Assembly (NCBI GenBank): GCA_020241125.1
Contig: GCA_020241125.1_4708.1
Reading direction: 5' to 3' (one strand)
DNA length: 64,000 bases
Origin: a phage
In this document: positions 34,857-45,010 of the stretch, piece by piece
Position numbering within the stretch: position 1 is the first letter of the stretch
Layout: each line of letters starts with the position of its first letter
Program-made: the position numbers and the translations under genes
Notes under the pieces: generated by a model
Databases searched by the model: none
Seen by the model: only the letters and a program-made list of their open reading frames with translations
What the model was told of the DNA's origin: nothing

Positions 34857-36596
34857 TTATGCGACTTTACTAATAACGACTGCTGTGATACCGAGATGTA
34901 GGTCGACGCCATTCTGTACTTTAATCCAGCGGATATACAGGTTAGCGTTATCCTGTCCCGTACCACCTGGGACGTTATTGTTCCTATTCCATTGCGAGAT
35001 TTCGAAACGTTTCTGCACGTTAGGACCAACCATGATTTCAAAGTGGGTCGGTTCTGGTGCTTTCGATTCCGTTTTCTCAAGATAGAGCGGATGTGTCGCG
35101 TAGTAAAGTTGGTTCAACCATTCACCCAGATCTGAGTGTTTGTTCGTCAAGTCAACATACGCGTTACCAGCAACATCGTAAGTAAACAACGCTTTCGTGT
35201 TACGACCGTACACATCCGTTGTCGTCGGCGTTGTTTGCGAGCTGAACGTTACTGTCCAGTAATCACCGGATGTTGCCGAACCTGCTTGCAATAGCGTCAT
35301 TCGAATAGTCTGCGTATGACGTACGCGTTTGTAAACGGTAGGATCGACTTCATCTAACCAGATGTTGTACGCAAATTCCTGAGGTTGTCCGTATTTCTTC
35401 GGATTAAACTCAGGGCTGTTCAGCGCCAATTGTACTTTATCGGTTACGTTGTAGTAACGTTCACGGTCGACGTTGTACAACCAGAACACCAGCTCGTATC
35501 CCACAGCATCAGATACCCATTGCGGATAGCAGAACAGTTTAACACTGTAAGCCCCTTTCGCTTCTTTAGAAACGACGGTATAAGGCACACTGATGTGTTT
35601 CACCGCTCCTGGTAACGCGTAGGATGTGTCCTCATCGTCGTCCAGGTAGTAGTGTAACGCCAGCGGATGTTTGCTGTTGATGACCTGGGACGTGAAGACG
35701 TTAAGGCCGTCCAACACAACCTTGTTACCAGTAACCGGCCAATGTTTAATGGAACCATCACTGTAAGTGACTTCAGCCTGAAGGTCGACGGAATCCAGGT
35801 TGACGTTGATCGGTAACTCAAGCAGTTTGGTATCGCTGCTGCTCAGCCACGTTGATTTCAGTCGTACCCCGTCTTCCAGAATATATTTAATACCCTGGTC
35901 TGGGGTGCGTACATAGTCAGTGATACGAACGATCATGCGTTTCATGGATAGCGGCTGCGGACCGTCACCATAACCTACTACCATCACCTGCTCAAAATCT
36001 TCGACAGGCTTAATGCAGTAACCTTCACGAGGTGCCCAGATAGCTTTATTCGTTCCGTCTTTGTAAGCGATAAGCTGACACGGAATGAAATCGCTGATCT
36101 TATTCCCGCTGTTGTCATACATCGCACTGATGATTTCGCCTTTGGCGCTGATATCAGAACCGCGGAACACTGCGATACGTCGAATATCCGAGCCATGCAG
36201 ATGGAAACGACGATCGATGTTCATTGTAGCAGGGATCGTGTTCGTATTAATCAATACACGCCATGTATCGTACGACCACGTCGGGTCAATACCTTCAAAG
36301 GTTGTCGTCCCATCGCCCTGACCATCGAACGGAGCAGACAGCTGACCGATAAGTTTAAGGGTACTTAGTTTTGTGCGATCGTCTACGGCGATAACACGGT
36401 ACACCGCATTCGTATCCCAGTCTTCAACTTTATCGTCCACGTTGGGGACGTAAAGTTTCCAGTCTTCTTCAACGCCATTATAGATCTCTTTATACGCATA
36501 GGTGGTATAGCGTCTGTCGAGATCCTGAATAGCGAGTTTATCCGGATGCTGTTGTGCATAAAGCACCGGATTGGTAATCTCTCTTCCCATTATCAC
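34857..36596 (-). CDS. hypothetical protein, possibly virion-associated
   Basis: 579 aa track ORF in the block upstream of terL. Confidence 0.55.
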   Translation of the reverse strand: MIMGREITNPVLYAQQHPDKLAIQDLDRRYTTYAYKEIYNGVEEDWKLYVPNVDDKVEDWDTNAVYRVIAVDDRTKLSTLKLIGQLSAPFDGQGDGTTTFEGIDPTWSYDTWRVLINTNTIPATMNIDRRFHLHGSDIRRIAVFRGSDISAKGEIISAMYDNSGNKISDFIPCQLIAYKDGTNKAIWAPREGYCIKPVEDFEQVMVVGYGDGPQPLSMKRMIVRITDYVRTPDQGIKYILEDGVRLKSTWLSSSDTKLLELPINVNLDSVDLQAEVTYSDGSIKHWPVTGNKVVLDGLNVFTSQVINSKHPLALHYYLDDDEDTSYALPGAVKHISVPYTVVSKEAKGAYSVKLFCYPQWVSDAVGYELVFWLYNVDRERYYNVTDKVQLALNSPEFNPKKYGQPQEFAYNIWLDEVDPTVYKRVRHTQTIRMTLLQAGSATSGDYWTVTFSSQTTPTTTDVYGRNTKALFTYDVAGNAYVDLTNKHSDLGEWLNQLYYATHPLYLEKTESKAPEPTHFEIMVGPNVQKRFEISQWNRNNNVPGGTGQDNANLYIRWIKVQNGVDLHLGITAVVISKVA

Positions 36597-39187
36597 TCAC
36601 CTTTGATTGTGTAAAACTTCGTGAAGTCCACGCGATCTTTCAAGAACTCACGACTGACGCGTTCTAAGAACCGCAGTTGTTTAACCGTAACTTCAAGCGG
36701 CGTCCAACTGTCGTGTGGATGAATAGAGACCATCCGCCAATCGTAATTACGTAACGCAGGATCGTAGTCATAGAACCATTTATACGGCTCCATGAAATCC
36801 ATCAGTTTAACGTCCTGCATATCAGGATCGGGATCGATAACACCATTGATAAGATCGTACGTTACCGCCATCAACGTTGGGCTGATAAGCTGGTATTTGT
36901 TTTCAATCGTTACCGGCGTATCGTACTTCACACGAGGGAAATACAAGGACATATAGTCTTCAACGCGTTTATCGGTTTCAAGACTTTTGTCGCGTAGATA
37001 ATACGTGTCTGTGTTCACGAGACCACGGATAGGGGCAATAACATGGTAAATCGCATAAGGCACCCCATCGTTGACTTTGATGTCGGCAGGGTATTGCGTG
37101 TCCTCTGCGGTAACCACTTCGCTACGATCGTAAATACGTCCACCAACCACAATACGAACAACATGGTCGTCACGAACATTAAACACGTCGTCGTAAGAAA
37201 GCTGATTATGCATCGTCCAACCGGTATCGTAAACGGTTTCACCGGTTAAGTCCGTACGTGGAAAACCAGTACATCTCACGGTAACCGTGTGCGTGTTCCC
37301 TTCACTGAAATACCGTTTCGCGTTGATCATGATCGTTGGCCATTTTACGATATAATCGATATCGCGTACCAAGCTGTAGCTTTTGGTTGCTCGCTCGTCA
37401 CCTAACCATACTTCGATTTGACCAGGTTCGAAAGGCAGCGGATATTCAACATCAATACCCGTCGTAACATCCAACCATACGGTGTGGTTACGATGTTGTA
37501 TTGTGGTCTTATACGCTAAGAAGTAGGTGTCGAACAATACTAAACCGGTTTGCTTTCTTCCATCCAACGACCATTTTATTACCCCGTTCTCTTCCGTTAC
37601 CACAGAAGCATCGTCGGTAACATCCTTCCATGTGTTCGCGACAGGTTGTCCGTTACGAAGATTTACGCTATAACAGCGGTAACTCGCCCATTCACGGATT
37701 GGGACGTCGGCAACACCCATCACGTAATCAAGCGTTCTCCCACCAACACCCGATCGACCCTCAACATAGGACGTGGTTTCATATTGCGGATAAAAATGTC
37801 GGCCTGCCGGATGTTGCGTGATACCCAATAATAGACCGTCACTGTCGTACTCAAAGAACGTCGCATTTGCACGTAAACCCCATGGTACTTCAGCGGTAGG
37901 GGTACCCATATCGTCAGTAACGCGTTGTGGACTATCTGCAACCAGTTTTGCCATCGCGTTATACCCGTAAGCGGAGGTCACCATGTCGATCGTGATATTG
38001 CTTTCCTTATTACGCATGATGCGTGTATAATCACTGGCTTCAAGCGTGCGTGCAAAGAACTCGGGTATATTAGCGTTCTGTTCTAACATCGCACCGACGA
38101 TGACGTCGTCTGGAAGTTTATACAGTTCGTGGATGCGGTTATGTTCGAAGGTTAACTGCGTTTTCAAACCGCTATCACGGACAACCACTTCCAGGGTTAA
38201 ATCACGAAGCGATTCTGCTCCATCAACCCGTTCAACGAAGTAGCTGACATAATCAACAGGAATCCCGTAATCACGATGCGTGAGCATGCGGATACTATTT
38301 TCCTGGTTGGTATGGTAATAACGTCCTTTTCCGTTAGGCCCTTTCACGTAGATATCAACGTCATCACGATACCGGATTTTAGTATCCGCTTCATCTTTCG
38401 GCGGATGAATAAGATACTTCACTTTTTTGTCCAGATCGCTGTTGTACGTTTTAAGATCTTCTACACGGAAGCTGTACCGATGAACAACGGTACCGTCATA
38501 GACGACCTGAATGCTATCACCGATCTTAAAACTTGTCGGCGGAATGTCTTCAACCGCTTCACCATTGATACTGCAGTGCGTCCAGCCGATACCGGTTTCC
38601 TGAATCTTTTTACGCCAGGCGTATAGCTGACGCTGCCACTGTAGAACCTGTGTCGAGCTGGTTACAATCCCCCCAAGGACATGCACTTCACGCCCCGTCG
38701 GTTTCGTGTATGACGGATAGCCTTCTGCGAAGTCGGCGTTGAGATAGGTGCGCCAGTAATAATCACCAACGCCAAGGTCAGCGATATTCGGTTGGTCGAG
38801 CACACAGACCAGCATCGTTTCGTTTTCCAGATTACCCGTCCACGTTAATGTCAACGGGAATTCTTTACCGTCCTCGGTATAGATATTGTAATACGATCCC
38901 TTCACCTCACAGAACTTGCTGAGTTCTCGCCACCACAACCGACCCGCCCCGACATTAAAATCCTCCCCCATATGTCGTCCAATAACAAACACATGGAACG
39001 TATTGGTATCATCAGGAAGATTGAATGTACGATGCCAAGCCGTAAAGTTTTTTACTGCGCCGGTCTTTCCGGTAATACGACGCATCTTGATACGATGCTG
39101 GTTGTCCATTAATGGACGGCAGTTCACATTCAGCGCAGCATGATTTATCAAGTATTGCGCTGTAGGATTAGAAGCGTTCAACACCAC
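36593..39187 (-). CDS. hypothetical protein, possibly virion-associated
   Basis: 864 aa track ORF; start overlaps upstream stop. Confidence 0.55.
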   Translation of the reverse strand: MVLNASNPTAQYLINHAALNVNCRPLMDNQHRIKMRRITGKTGAVKNFTAWHRTFNLPDDTNTFHVFVIGRHMGEDFNVGAGRLWWRELSKFCEVKGSYYNIYTEDGKEFPLTLTWTGNLENETMLVCVLDQPNIADLGVGDYYWRTYLNADFAEGYPSYTKPTGREVHVLGGIVTSSTQVLQWQRQLYAWRKKIQETGIGWTHCSINGEAVEDIPPTSFKIGDSIQVVYDGTVVHRYSFRVEDLKTYNSDLDKKVKYLIHPPKDEADTKIRYRDDVDIYVKGPNGKGRYYHTNQENSIRMLTHRDYGIPVDYVSYFVERVDGAESLRDLTLEVVVRDSGLKTQLTFEHNRIHELYKLPDDVIVGAMLEQNANIPEFFARTLEASDYTRIMRNKESNITIDMVTSAYGYNAMAKLVADSPQRVTDDMGTPTAEVPWGLRANATFFEYDSDGLLLGITQHPAGRHFYPQYETTSYVEGRSGVGGRTLDYVMGVADVPIREWASYRCYSVNLRNGQPVANTWKDVTDDASVVTEENGVIKWSLDGRKQTGLVLFDTYFLAYKTTIQHRNHTVWLDVTTGIDVEYPLPFEPGQIEVWLGDERATKSYSLVRDIDYIVKWPTIMINAKRYFSEGNTHTVTVRCTGFPRTDLTGETVYDTGWTMHNQLSYDDVFNVRDDHVVRIVVGGRIYDRSEVVTAEDTQYPADIKVNDGVPYAIYHVIAPIRGLVNTDTYYLRDKSLETDKRVEDYMSLYFPRVKYDTPVTIENKYQLISPTLMAVTYDLINGVIDPDPDMQDVKLMDFMEPYKWFYDYDPALRNYDWRMVSIHPHDSWTPLEVTVKQLRFLERVSREFLKDRVDFTKFYTIKGE

Positions 39188-40115
39188 GGCATGCCTCCAG
39201 GAGGTATTTCATGTTGGCTTGGAAATCATTGACGTCACGCGCCATACGACGCTGATCCGCCATGAGACGAGCCAACACGGTATCACGGTAACCACGATCG
39301 TGGTCAGCAGCAGAGCATAAAAGAATAAATGTTGGTGGATGCTCTAAAGCAATCCCAGCAACTTCTTTACTATAACCCCCAACCCAGCTGTAAGCGGTGA
39401 TTTCAAACAACAACGCTTGGGTTAACGTGTTCAAACGGGGACTAATATTACTTTCTTTTAATGCTGTTACGAAAGCTGCCATGTTAGGGATATAACCCAG
39501 GTTTTCGGTTACGATACCGATGCTCGCAAAATCGTAACGAAGCGTTGTCTGGATGGTGCGCACCATAGTTAGTCTTTCATTATTTGTAAGGCTATCTTTA
39601 AACAGGCAAAGATAATACCATGCTGTTATGGTGGCAACATCACGACGTTGTTGAAGGTCCAGCCCTAAACGTTGTGTGATTTGTCCGCTAATCCAATCAC
39701 AAAAGACACGCATCGGGATAGGGCCAAGACGTTCAAAAGGACGTGTGCCCAAGGATTCCCATCCTACCTGAAGATACGCACGTGATTGAAGAAAGTTATA
39801 TTCACGTTCGTTAACAACGGTAGTACGCGATCCTGGGCGTGAAGTATCTGTTGGGGTGCGCGCGTAAGCGCGTTGGTCGATAACAACGCGCTGTCCGTCC
39901 ATCACTGTTTTAATGACCAACGGATGACCAAAAGAAGGGATATCGTCCAACGTATTTTTGTTGCCGATGACTTCGAGAACGGGAGTGTTTACGCCACTTT
40001 CTTCACCGGGTGCACTTAACAATCCGCCGACGTAAGCAACTTCGATAGCGGTTCGGATACGGTCAATGCCTTTTAGTTTTGTTCCAACAGTTGTGTCGTA
40101 AGGAGAGATGAACAT
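39168..40115 (-). CDS. hypothetical protein
   Basis: 315 aa ORF; AAAGGAA RBS; TATGCCG element about 22 nt upstream. Confidence 0.55.
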   Translation of the reverse strand: MFISPYDTTVGTKLKGIDRIRTAIEVAYVGGLLSAPGEESGVNTPVLEVIGNKNTLDDIPSFGHPLVIKTVMDGQRVVIDQRAYARTPTDTSRPGSRTTVVNEREYNFLQSRAYLQVGWESLGTRPFERLGPIPMRVFCDWISGQITQRLGLDLQQRRDVATITAWYYLCLFKDSLTNNERLTMVRTIQTTLRYDFASIGIVTENLGYIPNMAAFVTALKESNISPRLNTLTQALLFEITAYSWVGGYSKEVAGIALEHPPTFILLCSAADHDRGYRDTVLARLMADQRRMARDVNDFQANMKYLLEACRGVERF

Positions 40116-40125
40116 ATGTAATTCC

Positions 40126-40142
40126 TTTATTACGGCATATAA
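40126..40142 (-). promoter_or_regulatory. TATGCCG element
   Basis: Minus-strand TTATATGCCGTAATAAAGG just upstream of the 40115 ATG. Confidence 0.3.
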
Positions 40143-40190
40143 GAAAACGGGTTAAGCACACAGATTTACGCATAATTGTAATATTTTACG

Positions 40191-40203
40191 TTATGCCTAT
40201 GAC
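40191..40203 (+). promoter_or_regulatory. TATG-type promoter-like element upstream of tail-sheath candidate
   Basis: Plus-strand TTATGCCTATGAC about 60 nt upstream of the 40259 ATG; second TATG (AATTATGTCATAC) about 35 nt upstream. Confidence 0.3.
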
Positions 40204-40258
40204 ATTGTGTCACGTGTGCAATTATGTCATACAATTTCCTTAAATTAAGGAGAGTTCC

Positions 40259-42331
40259 ATGAGGCTTAAGAATAGCACGCCTCGCGCGATTTTTACGGGC
40301 TTTAAAGAGGGTCTTACCACGGATCCGGTTACAGCCCCAGAGATCACGCCCATTCACCTCCCGTATGTTTTCATTCAGGGTGGTCGTGGTAAAGAGGACA
40401 CCTTGCTGTTAACAGGGGACGCCCTGTCTACAGTCTACGGTGAAGATATGCTGAACTACCGCAGTAAGTACGCTTCTCCAGCAACACTGATTGCTCGCCA
40501 GGCGGCTTCTACAGGTAGCGCGATCTTCACAAAACGTTTGGTTGCGCCGGATGCAACGGCAGCACGCATCCGTATCGGTGTTGAAGTGGTCGCCGATAAA
40601 CTGGTCGTTTACCAGCGTAACGCTGACGGGTCCTTTATGAAGGACACCGACGGCAACAAAATCCCTGACGGCGATAAAACCGTTGACGGGGTGAAAATGC
40701 GTTGGATTGTTAACCACGACAAAGATGCCGTAGCGCCTAACGCCTTCGGTAAAGATGAAGTGGTTATCGGACAAATGACCGCAGCTGATGGTACCCAGAG
40801 CAACTACTATCCTATTCTGGATGGAATGGTGAGCTGGCGTGGTGCTGAAGGGGACAACATCGGCTTACGTCTGGAAGCACCGACCGCGCTGAGCAGCAAC
40901 CCTACCCGTACCGATATCATCGAACGTATCGGTGCTTTCCTGTACCGCATTCAGTTCGTGGAACGTAAGTCTTCACGAACTGCGCCGACGGTCATTCGTA
41001 CGATCAGCGGTATGGAACAAGAAACCTTCGCGTTGCAGGAAGGTGTTATCCAGCCTGATGACGAAACCGATCTGTCCTTCGGTAAAGTGGTCGTTGATGC
41101 CTACGAGTATAATGAAACGGGTAACACCCCGATCTTTGCTCCGATGGATCAGATGCATCTTTATCAGAAGAACATCGATGAAGTCGTCAAGAAGCTGTAC
41201 GAATCTGAAAGCAAAGTTAACAAAGATCTGTTAACCGACGTTGAATTCGTCGAAGGTCAGATGAACATCTTCACCGGTGTCGATTACAACGGCATCCCGT
41301 ATCAAACCATCGAAGTTCTCGATGCAGATCAGGGCGGCGTCATCTTTGATGGTACCAGCACCTTCTACGCAATTGATGGTAGCGACGGTGACGTCGACTG
41401 GGATACCTTCGACGCGTTAGCGAAACAGCAGTTCGAATCGTTCGGCAGAATGGGCGAAGATCTGGAAGACATGGCTTTCTATCCGTTCTCCATCGTGTAT
41501 GATATTGGTTACAAAGTCGACACGAAGAAAGCGATGGCAAACGTCTTGTCTCTGCGTCCGGATGTCATGATCATTGCGTCAACCCATACCTGGAAGGGTG
41601 TGGAACTGAATGTCGATGAAGAAAGCTCCATGGGCGCGATGCTGCGTAACTACTATCGTCTGCATCCAGAAAGCGTGCTTTACAATACCCCAGCTTGCCG
41701 TGCTGCGGTATTCATGCAATACGGTGAAAGCATCGAAGCGCCAAGCCTGGGTAAAGTTCCGTTGACGCTGGAAGTTGCTAATAAACTTGCAACTTACATG
41801 GGTGCTTCGGATGGTGTTATCCGCGGTACCCGCATCGATAACAACCCTGGTAACGTTGTCACAACGATGCGTAAAATCAACAAGACGTATCGTAACGCAA
41901 CGGTCCGCGATCGTGATTGGGAAAACGGCTTGAACTATGTTCAGACCTACAACCGTAATTCCAACTTCTTCCCGGCTTGGGGCACGATCTACAATAACGA
42001 CCGTTCGGTATGGCGTTCGTTGATCAACGTGATCATCGGTTGCGATCTGACTCGCGTGTGCTATCGTCTCTGGGCAGAAACCACCGGTACTACAGGAATG
42101 GATGAAACCCTGTTCCTGAAACTGATGGGCGAACGCTTCCTGGAATACACCACGGGCCGTTACAACGACCATGTGACTGTTAAGGGACGTTTCTACCTGG
42201 ATAAAGAAGACGGTTACAACGGCTTCAGCTATCACGGCGATATCAGCCTGATCGGCGATCCAGGCATGACCGTGGGTACGTTTACCATCACCGGGCTGCG
42301 TCGTAACACCGAAGCAGCAGAAGCGGCGTAA
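40259..42331 (+). CDS. major virion structural protein; candidate contractile tail sheath
   Basis: 690 aa; strongest RBS in window (TAAGGAGAG); followed 15 nt later by a 296 aa gene and a bidirectional terminator. Assigned by size and gene order only. Confidence 0.45.
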   Translation: MRLKNSTPRAIFTGFKEGLTTDPVTAPEITPIHLPYVFIQGGRGKEDTLLLTGDALSTVYGEDMLNYRSKYASPATLIARQAASTGSAIFTKRLVAPDATAARIRIGVEVVADKLVVYQRNADGSFMKDTDGNKIPDGDKTVDGVKMRWIVNHDKDAVAPNAFGKDEVVIGQMTAADGTQSNYYPILDGMVSWRGAEGDNIGLRLEAPTALSSNPTRTDIIERIGAFLYRIQFVERKSSRTAPTVIRTISGMEQETFALQEGVIQPDDETDLSFGKVVVDAYEYNETGNTPIFAPMDQMHLYQKNIDEVVKKLYESESKVNKDLLTDVEFVEGQMNIFTGVDYNGIPYQTIEVLDADQGGVIFDGTSTFYAIDGSDGDVDWDTFDALAKQQFESFGRMGEDLEDMAFYPFSIVYDIGYKVDTKKAMANVLSLRPDVMIIASTHTWKGVELNVDEESSMGAMLRNYYRLHPESVLYNTPACRAAVFMQYGESIEAPSLGKVPLTLEVANKLATYMGASDGVIRGTRIDNNPGNVVTTMRKINKTYRNATVRDRDWENGLNYVQTYNRNSNFFPAWGTIYNNDRSVWRSLINVIIGCDLTRVCYRLWAETTGTTGMDETLFLKLMGERFLEYTTGRYNDHVTVKGRFYLDKEDGYNGFSYHGDISLIGDPGMTVGTFTITGLRRNTEAAEAA

Positions 42332-42346
42332 TGAGAGGAGTCCATA

Positions 42347-43237
42347 ATGCGTCCTGATAATACCCTACTCGGTGAACAGGGTGTTGGTGCTCTTAGCAAC
42401 GCGGCTATGGTCGATATTCGTGCAGGTGCCCAAAACGGGTACATCAGCAATATCGGTACGTACGTTGCTAACGCCAACTACATTCCGAACCAAATGTTCT
42501 GTCTCCTGCTGGAGGCACCACGTGGTTTCAACTATCTACCTAACCCGGATGTACAGATTGGTTATCTGAAGGCGTTGGTAGAAGAAGTTGCGCATTCGAT
42601 TACCGGTCTGCAACGCGGATTGGAAGTTGAATTCGTTAGCGTCCCGGTTTCTGGTTCCGGTGAAATCCAGGAAGAAGTCTCTGACGTTAAACGTCCTCGC
42701 TCTAACCCGACTTTCGGGATCTATGAGAAAGAAGGTCGTTCCGTTAGTTACTTCCTGGAACAATGGATCACGTATCTGTTGATGGATCCGGATGCCAAAT
42801 ACCCGATGTTGTCGTCTATCGTATCCACTGGTGGTCCAACCGACCTGCTGGCGGATTATCGTAGCGCAACAATGCTGTTCGTTGAGCCAGACCGCCAACA
42901 CAAAAAAGTGGTTAACGCCTGGCTGTGCACGAACATGATGCCTCACGGTACCGGTGACTGGACATCACGTCGTAACAAGAACGATGCGCCAAACGTGGTA
43001 GAATTGAGCATTCAGTTCACAGCGTTAACACAGACCAACTACGGCGTGCGTGCTTTTGCACAACGTCTGCTGGATAAGATGAACCTGCTCAAAGTGAACC
43101 CGGATTTCCGTCCGGCTTATCTGAGCGACATCGATCCGGCTGTGGCAGCGCAGAAGGTTGGCTACACCTTCGACTTTGATAACAACGATACCTTTGAGGT
43201 ACCGAATACTTATCAAAACGTAACACCTCGCGTGTAA
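42347..43237 (+). CDS. virion structural protein; candidate tail tube
   Basis: 296 aa; GAGAGGAG RBS; immediately after the sheath candidate. No motif verified. Confidence 0.4.
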   Translation: MRPDNTLLGEQGVGALSNAAMVDIRAGAQNGYISNIGTYVANANYIPNQMFCLLLEAPRGFNYLPNPDVQIGYLKALVEEVAHSITGLQRGLEVEFVSVPVSGSGEIQEEVSDVKRPRSNPTFGIYEKEGRSVSYFLEQWITYLLMDPDAKYPMLSSIVSTGGPTDLLADYRSATMLFVEPDRQHKKVVNAWLCTNMMPHGTGDWTSRRNKNDAPNVVELSIQFTALTQTNYGVRAFAQRLLDKMNLLKVNPDFRPAYLSDIDPAVAAQKVGYTFDFDNNDTFEVPNTYQNVTPRV

Positions 43238-43263
43238 CGTAAAAAAAAAAGCATATTAACCTC

Positions 43264-43300
43264 CCTTCCTTCCCCGGCCTTGACGGCTAGGGAAGGAAGG
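43264..43300. terminator. bidirectional intrinsic terminator
   Basis: 11 bp stem CCTTCCTTCCC / GGGAAGGAAGG with inner GCC/GGC; A10 run upstream and TTTATGGTTTATTT downstream. Confidence 0.7.
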
Positions 43301-43312
43301 TTTATGGTTTAT

Positions 43313-43852
43313 TTACTGTTTGTTCGTGGCTTCACGAATGAAAATGACATCAGGATATTCTTGAGATTCAATGAATTCAGGATTACGATAACGACGAATA
43401 TGACGCATCGTTGTACAAGCAAGTTTGTAAAGATGTTCCTCCTCACGTTGTGTTAATAACATCAGTTGCGCGTCTGGAATCACGAATGGGAGTCTTTCAT
43501 TCACGTATTCCCGAAGGTCATCGAGATCATCGTGATGAATGCCCTCTGAGAGCTTATATAACGCTTCCAGCAATTCTAATCCACCGAACTGGTAACTTCC
43601 TATTGTCGTCTTAAACAATGCGCCAGAACGCGTGGTGGATGCTCTATCGGCGACATCGTATTGTTCTAACATATATCCGTAGACCATGCTACGTCGATCC
43701 AGTGTATCCGTAACGAGATTACGCCACCGTTCCAGTCTTTCGAGCGCTTTGTCGATAGAGTAAACGATCATGCCATGTTCATCCAACTCTTCCGCAATAC
43801 CCAATAGTTCATTGTTGTTAGGTTTTGCTGCACCGATAAGAAAAACACTCAT
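43313..43852 (-). CDS. hypothetical protein
   Basis: 179 aa track ORF. Confidence 0.5.
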   Translation of the reverse strand: MSVFLIGAAKPNNNELLGIAEELDEHGMIVYSIDKALERLERWRNLVTDTLDRRSMVYGYMLEQYDVADRASTTRSGALFKTTIGSYQFGGLELLEALYKLSEGIHHDDLDDLREYVNERLPFVIPDAQLMLLTQREEEHLYKLACTTMRHIRRYRNPEFIESQEYPDVIFIREATNKQ

Positions 43853-44313
43853 TACTCAAACTCCTTATTCCAAAACTCGATTAATGAATCGAGCTGTTCC
43901 TTACTGGTTATCTCACCTCCCCTAACAAAATGAAATCGTTCTTGAATGGCGATCTTTTCAAGGATATCGGTAAGCAAATGACGGTGACAGAAATTTCCTG
44001 CAGGACAATAACACCCTAACACCACAACCGGATGGGAGAATAAAGCCAACCATTCCGGTGTATGATCAACAAAGCTTTTGCGCATAAGCGCGTAGTAGCC
44101 TATGGTATATTCATCCTCGGTTAACGTTTTTGATTTGATTCCTGTAACAAGTTCCCATGAAGGTGCGAAGAGTGGGTTACCTGTTTTCACCGTCGTGTCC
44201 AGTAGAAACGCTCGTGTGTCTGAAAGCCAACGATATTTGGCTAATTGAAGGGTGTATAAAAACACAGCGCTAACCCCAAAGGATAAAAAATAAAACCTTG
44301 ACATAACCACCAC
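43852..44313 (-). CDS. hypothetical protein
   Basis: 153 aa track ORF with hydrophobic N-terminal stretch; start uncertain. Confidence 0.45.
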   Translation of the reverse strand: MVVMSRFYFLSFGVSAVFLYTLQLAKYRWLSDTRAFLLDTTVKTGNPLFAPSWELVTGIKSKTLTEDEYTIGYYALMRKSFVDHTPEWLALFSHPVVVLGCYCPAGNFCHRHLLTDILEKIAIQERFHFVRGGEITSKEQLDSLIEFWNKEFE

Positions 44314-44369
44314 CGCAACCCCATACAGGGCTACGGTGGGGTCATACAGAGAGACGTGTTAAGTTACAA

Positions 44370-44849
44370 TCAGTCTTTCAGCAGCTCAGCTGCATACGCA
44401 CTGATGTTGTCGCGAATATGCTTAACCTGAGTTGTTGGGAAAGATTTCTTATACGCGGTGGTCAGGCGTCCGTAAACCTGTTTCTTCTCGTTAGAGCCGA
44501 AACCAACTTCAGCGCTACGTTGAACCGTTGCGGACACAACGTCTTTGCCTAGCGGCAGGGTTACAGAAACAACGTCAACCTGCTTGTTATCCGCCATGAA
44601 CTGCGCGCCAACGCGACCTACCGCCAGACCATGAGCCAGACCGATATCGGTGGTCAGTTTCTGTGCTTTTTCCAGGATTTCTTTTTCTTCCGGCGTTACC
44701 AGAGTACCCAGGAAATCACTGCCTAACTTCTGGCTACCAGATTCGTCCAGTTTAATACCAGCGGCGATTTTATCAGAAAGAGCCTGAACTTCCGGACGTA
44801 CGTTAGAAGTGGTTTCAGTCGCTACGGTGGTTTCTACAGCTTCAGACAT
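44370..44849 (-). CDS. hypothetical protein
   Basis: 159 aa; GGAG RBS; early-promoter-like motif D upstream. Confidence 0.55.
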   Translation of the reverse strand: MSEAVETTVATETTSNVRPEVQALSDKIAAGIKLDESGSQKLGSDFLGTLVTPEEKEILEKAQKLTTDIGLAHGLAVGRVGAQFMADNKQVDVVSVTLPLGKDVVSATVQRSAEVGFGSNEKKQVYGRLTTAYKKSFPTTQVKHIRDNISAYAAELLKD

Positions 44850-44964
44850 GTTAATACTCCAATTAGTTTTTTCGATCGATCAAAAGGATAAAATCAGAAG
44901 ATTCTTTCTTCATAGGGAAAACACAAGTCGGTTAAGGTTTACTTCTTAAACTCCTTGCGTTCTA

Positions 44965-45010
44965 TCAGTTAGGTAATATAGACCTCAACTTTTTTCCAAT
45001 AATACTGCAA
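44965..45010 (-). promoter_or_regulatory. early-promoter-like motif, copy D
   Basis: Plus-strand GTTAGGTAATATAGACCTCAACTTTTTTCCAATAATACTG; minus-strand TATATTACC about 120 nt upstream of the 44849 start. Confidence 0.45.
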
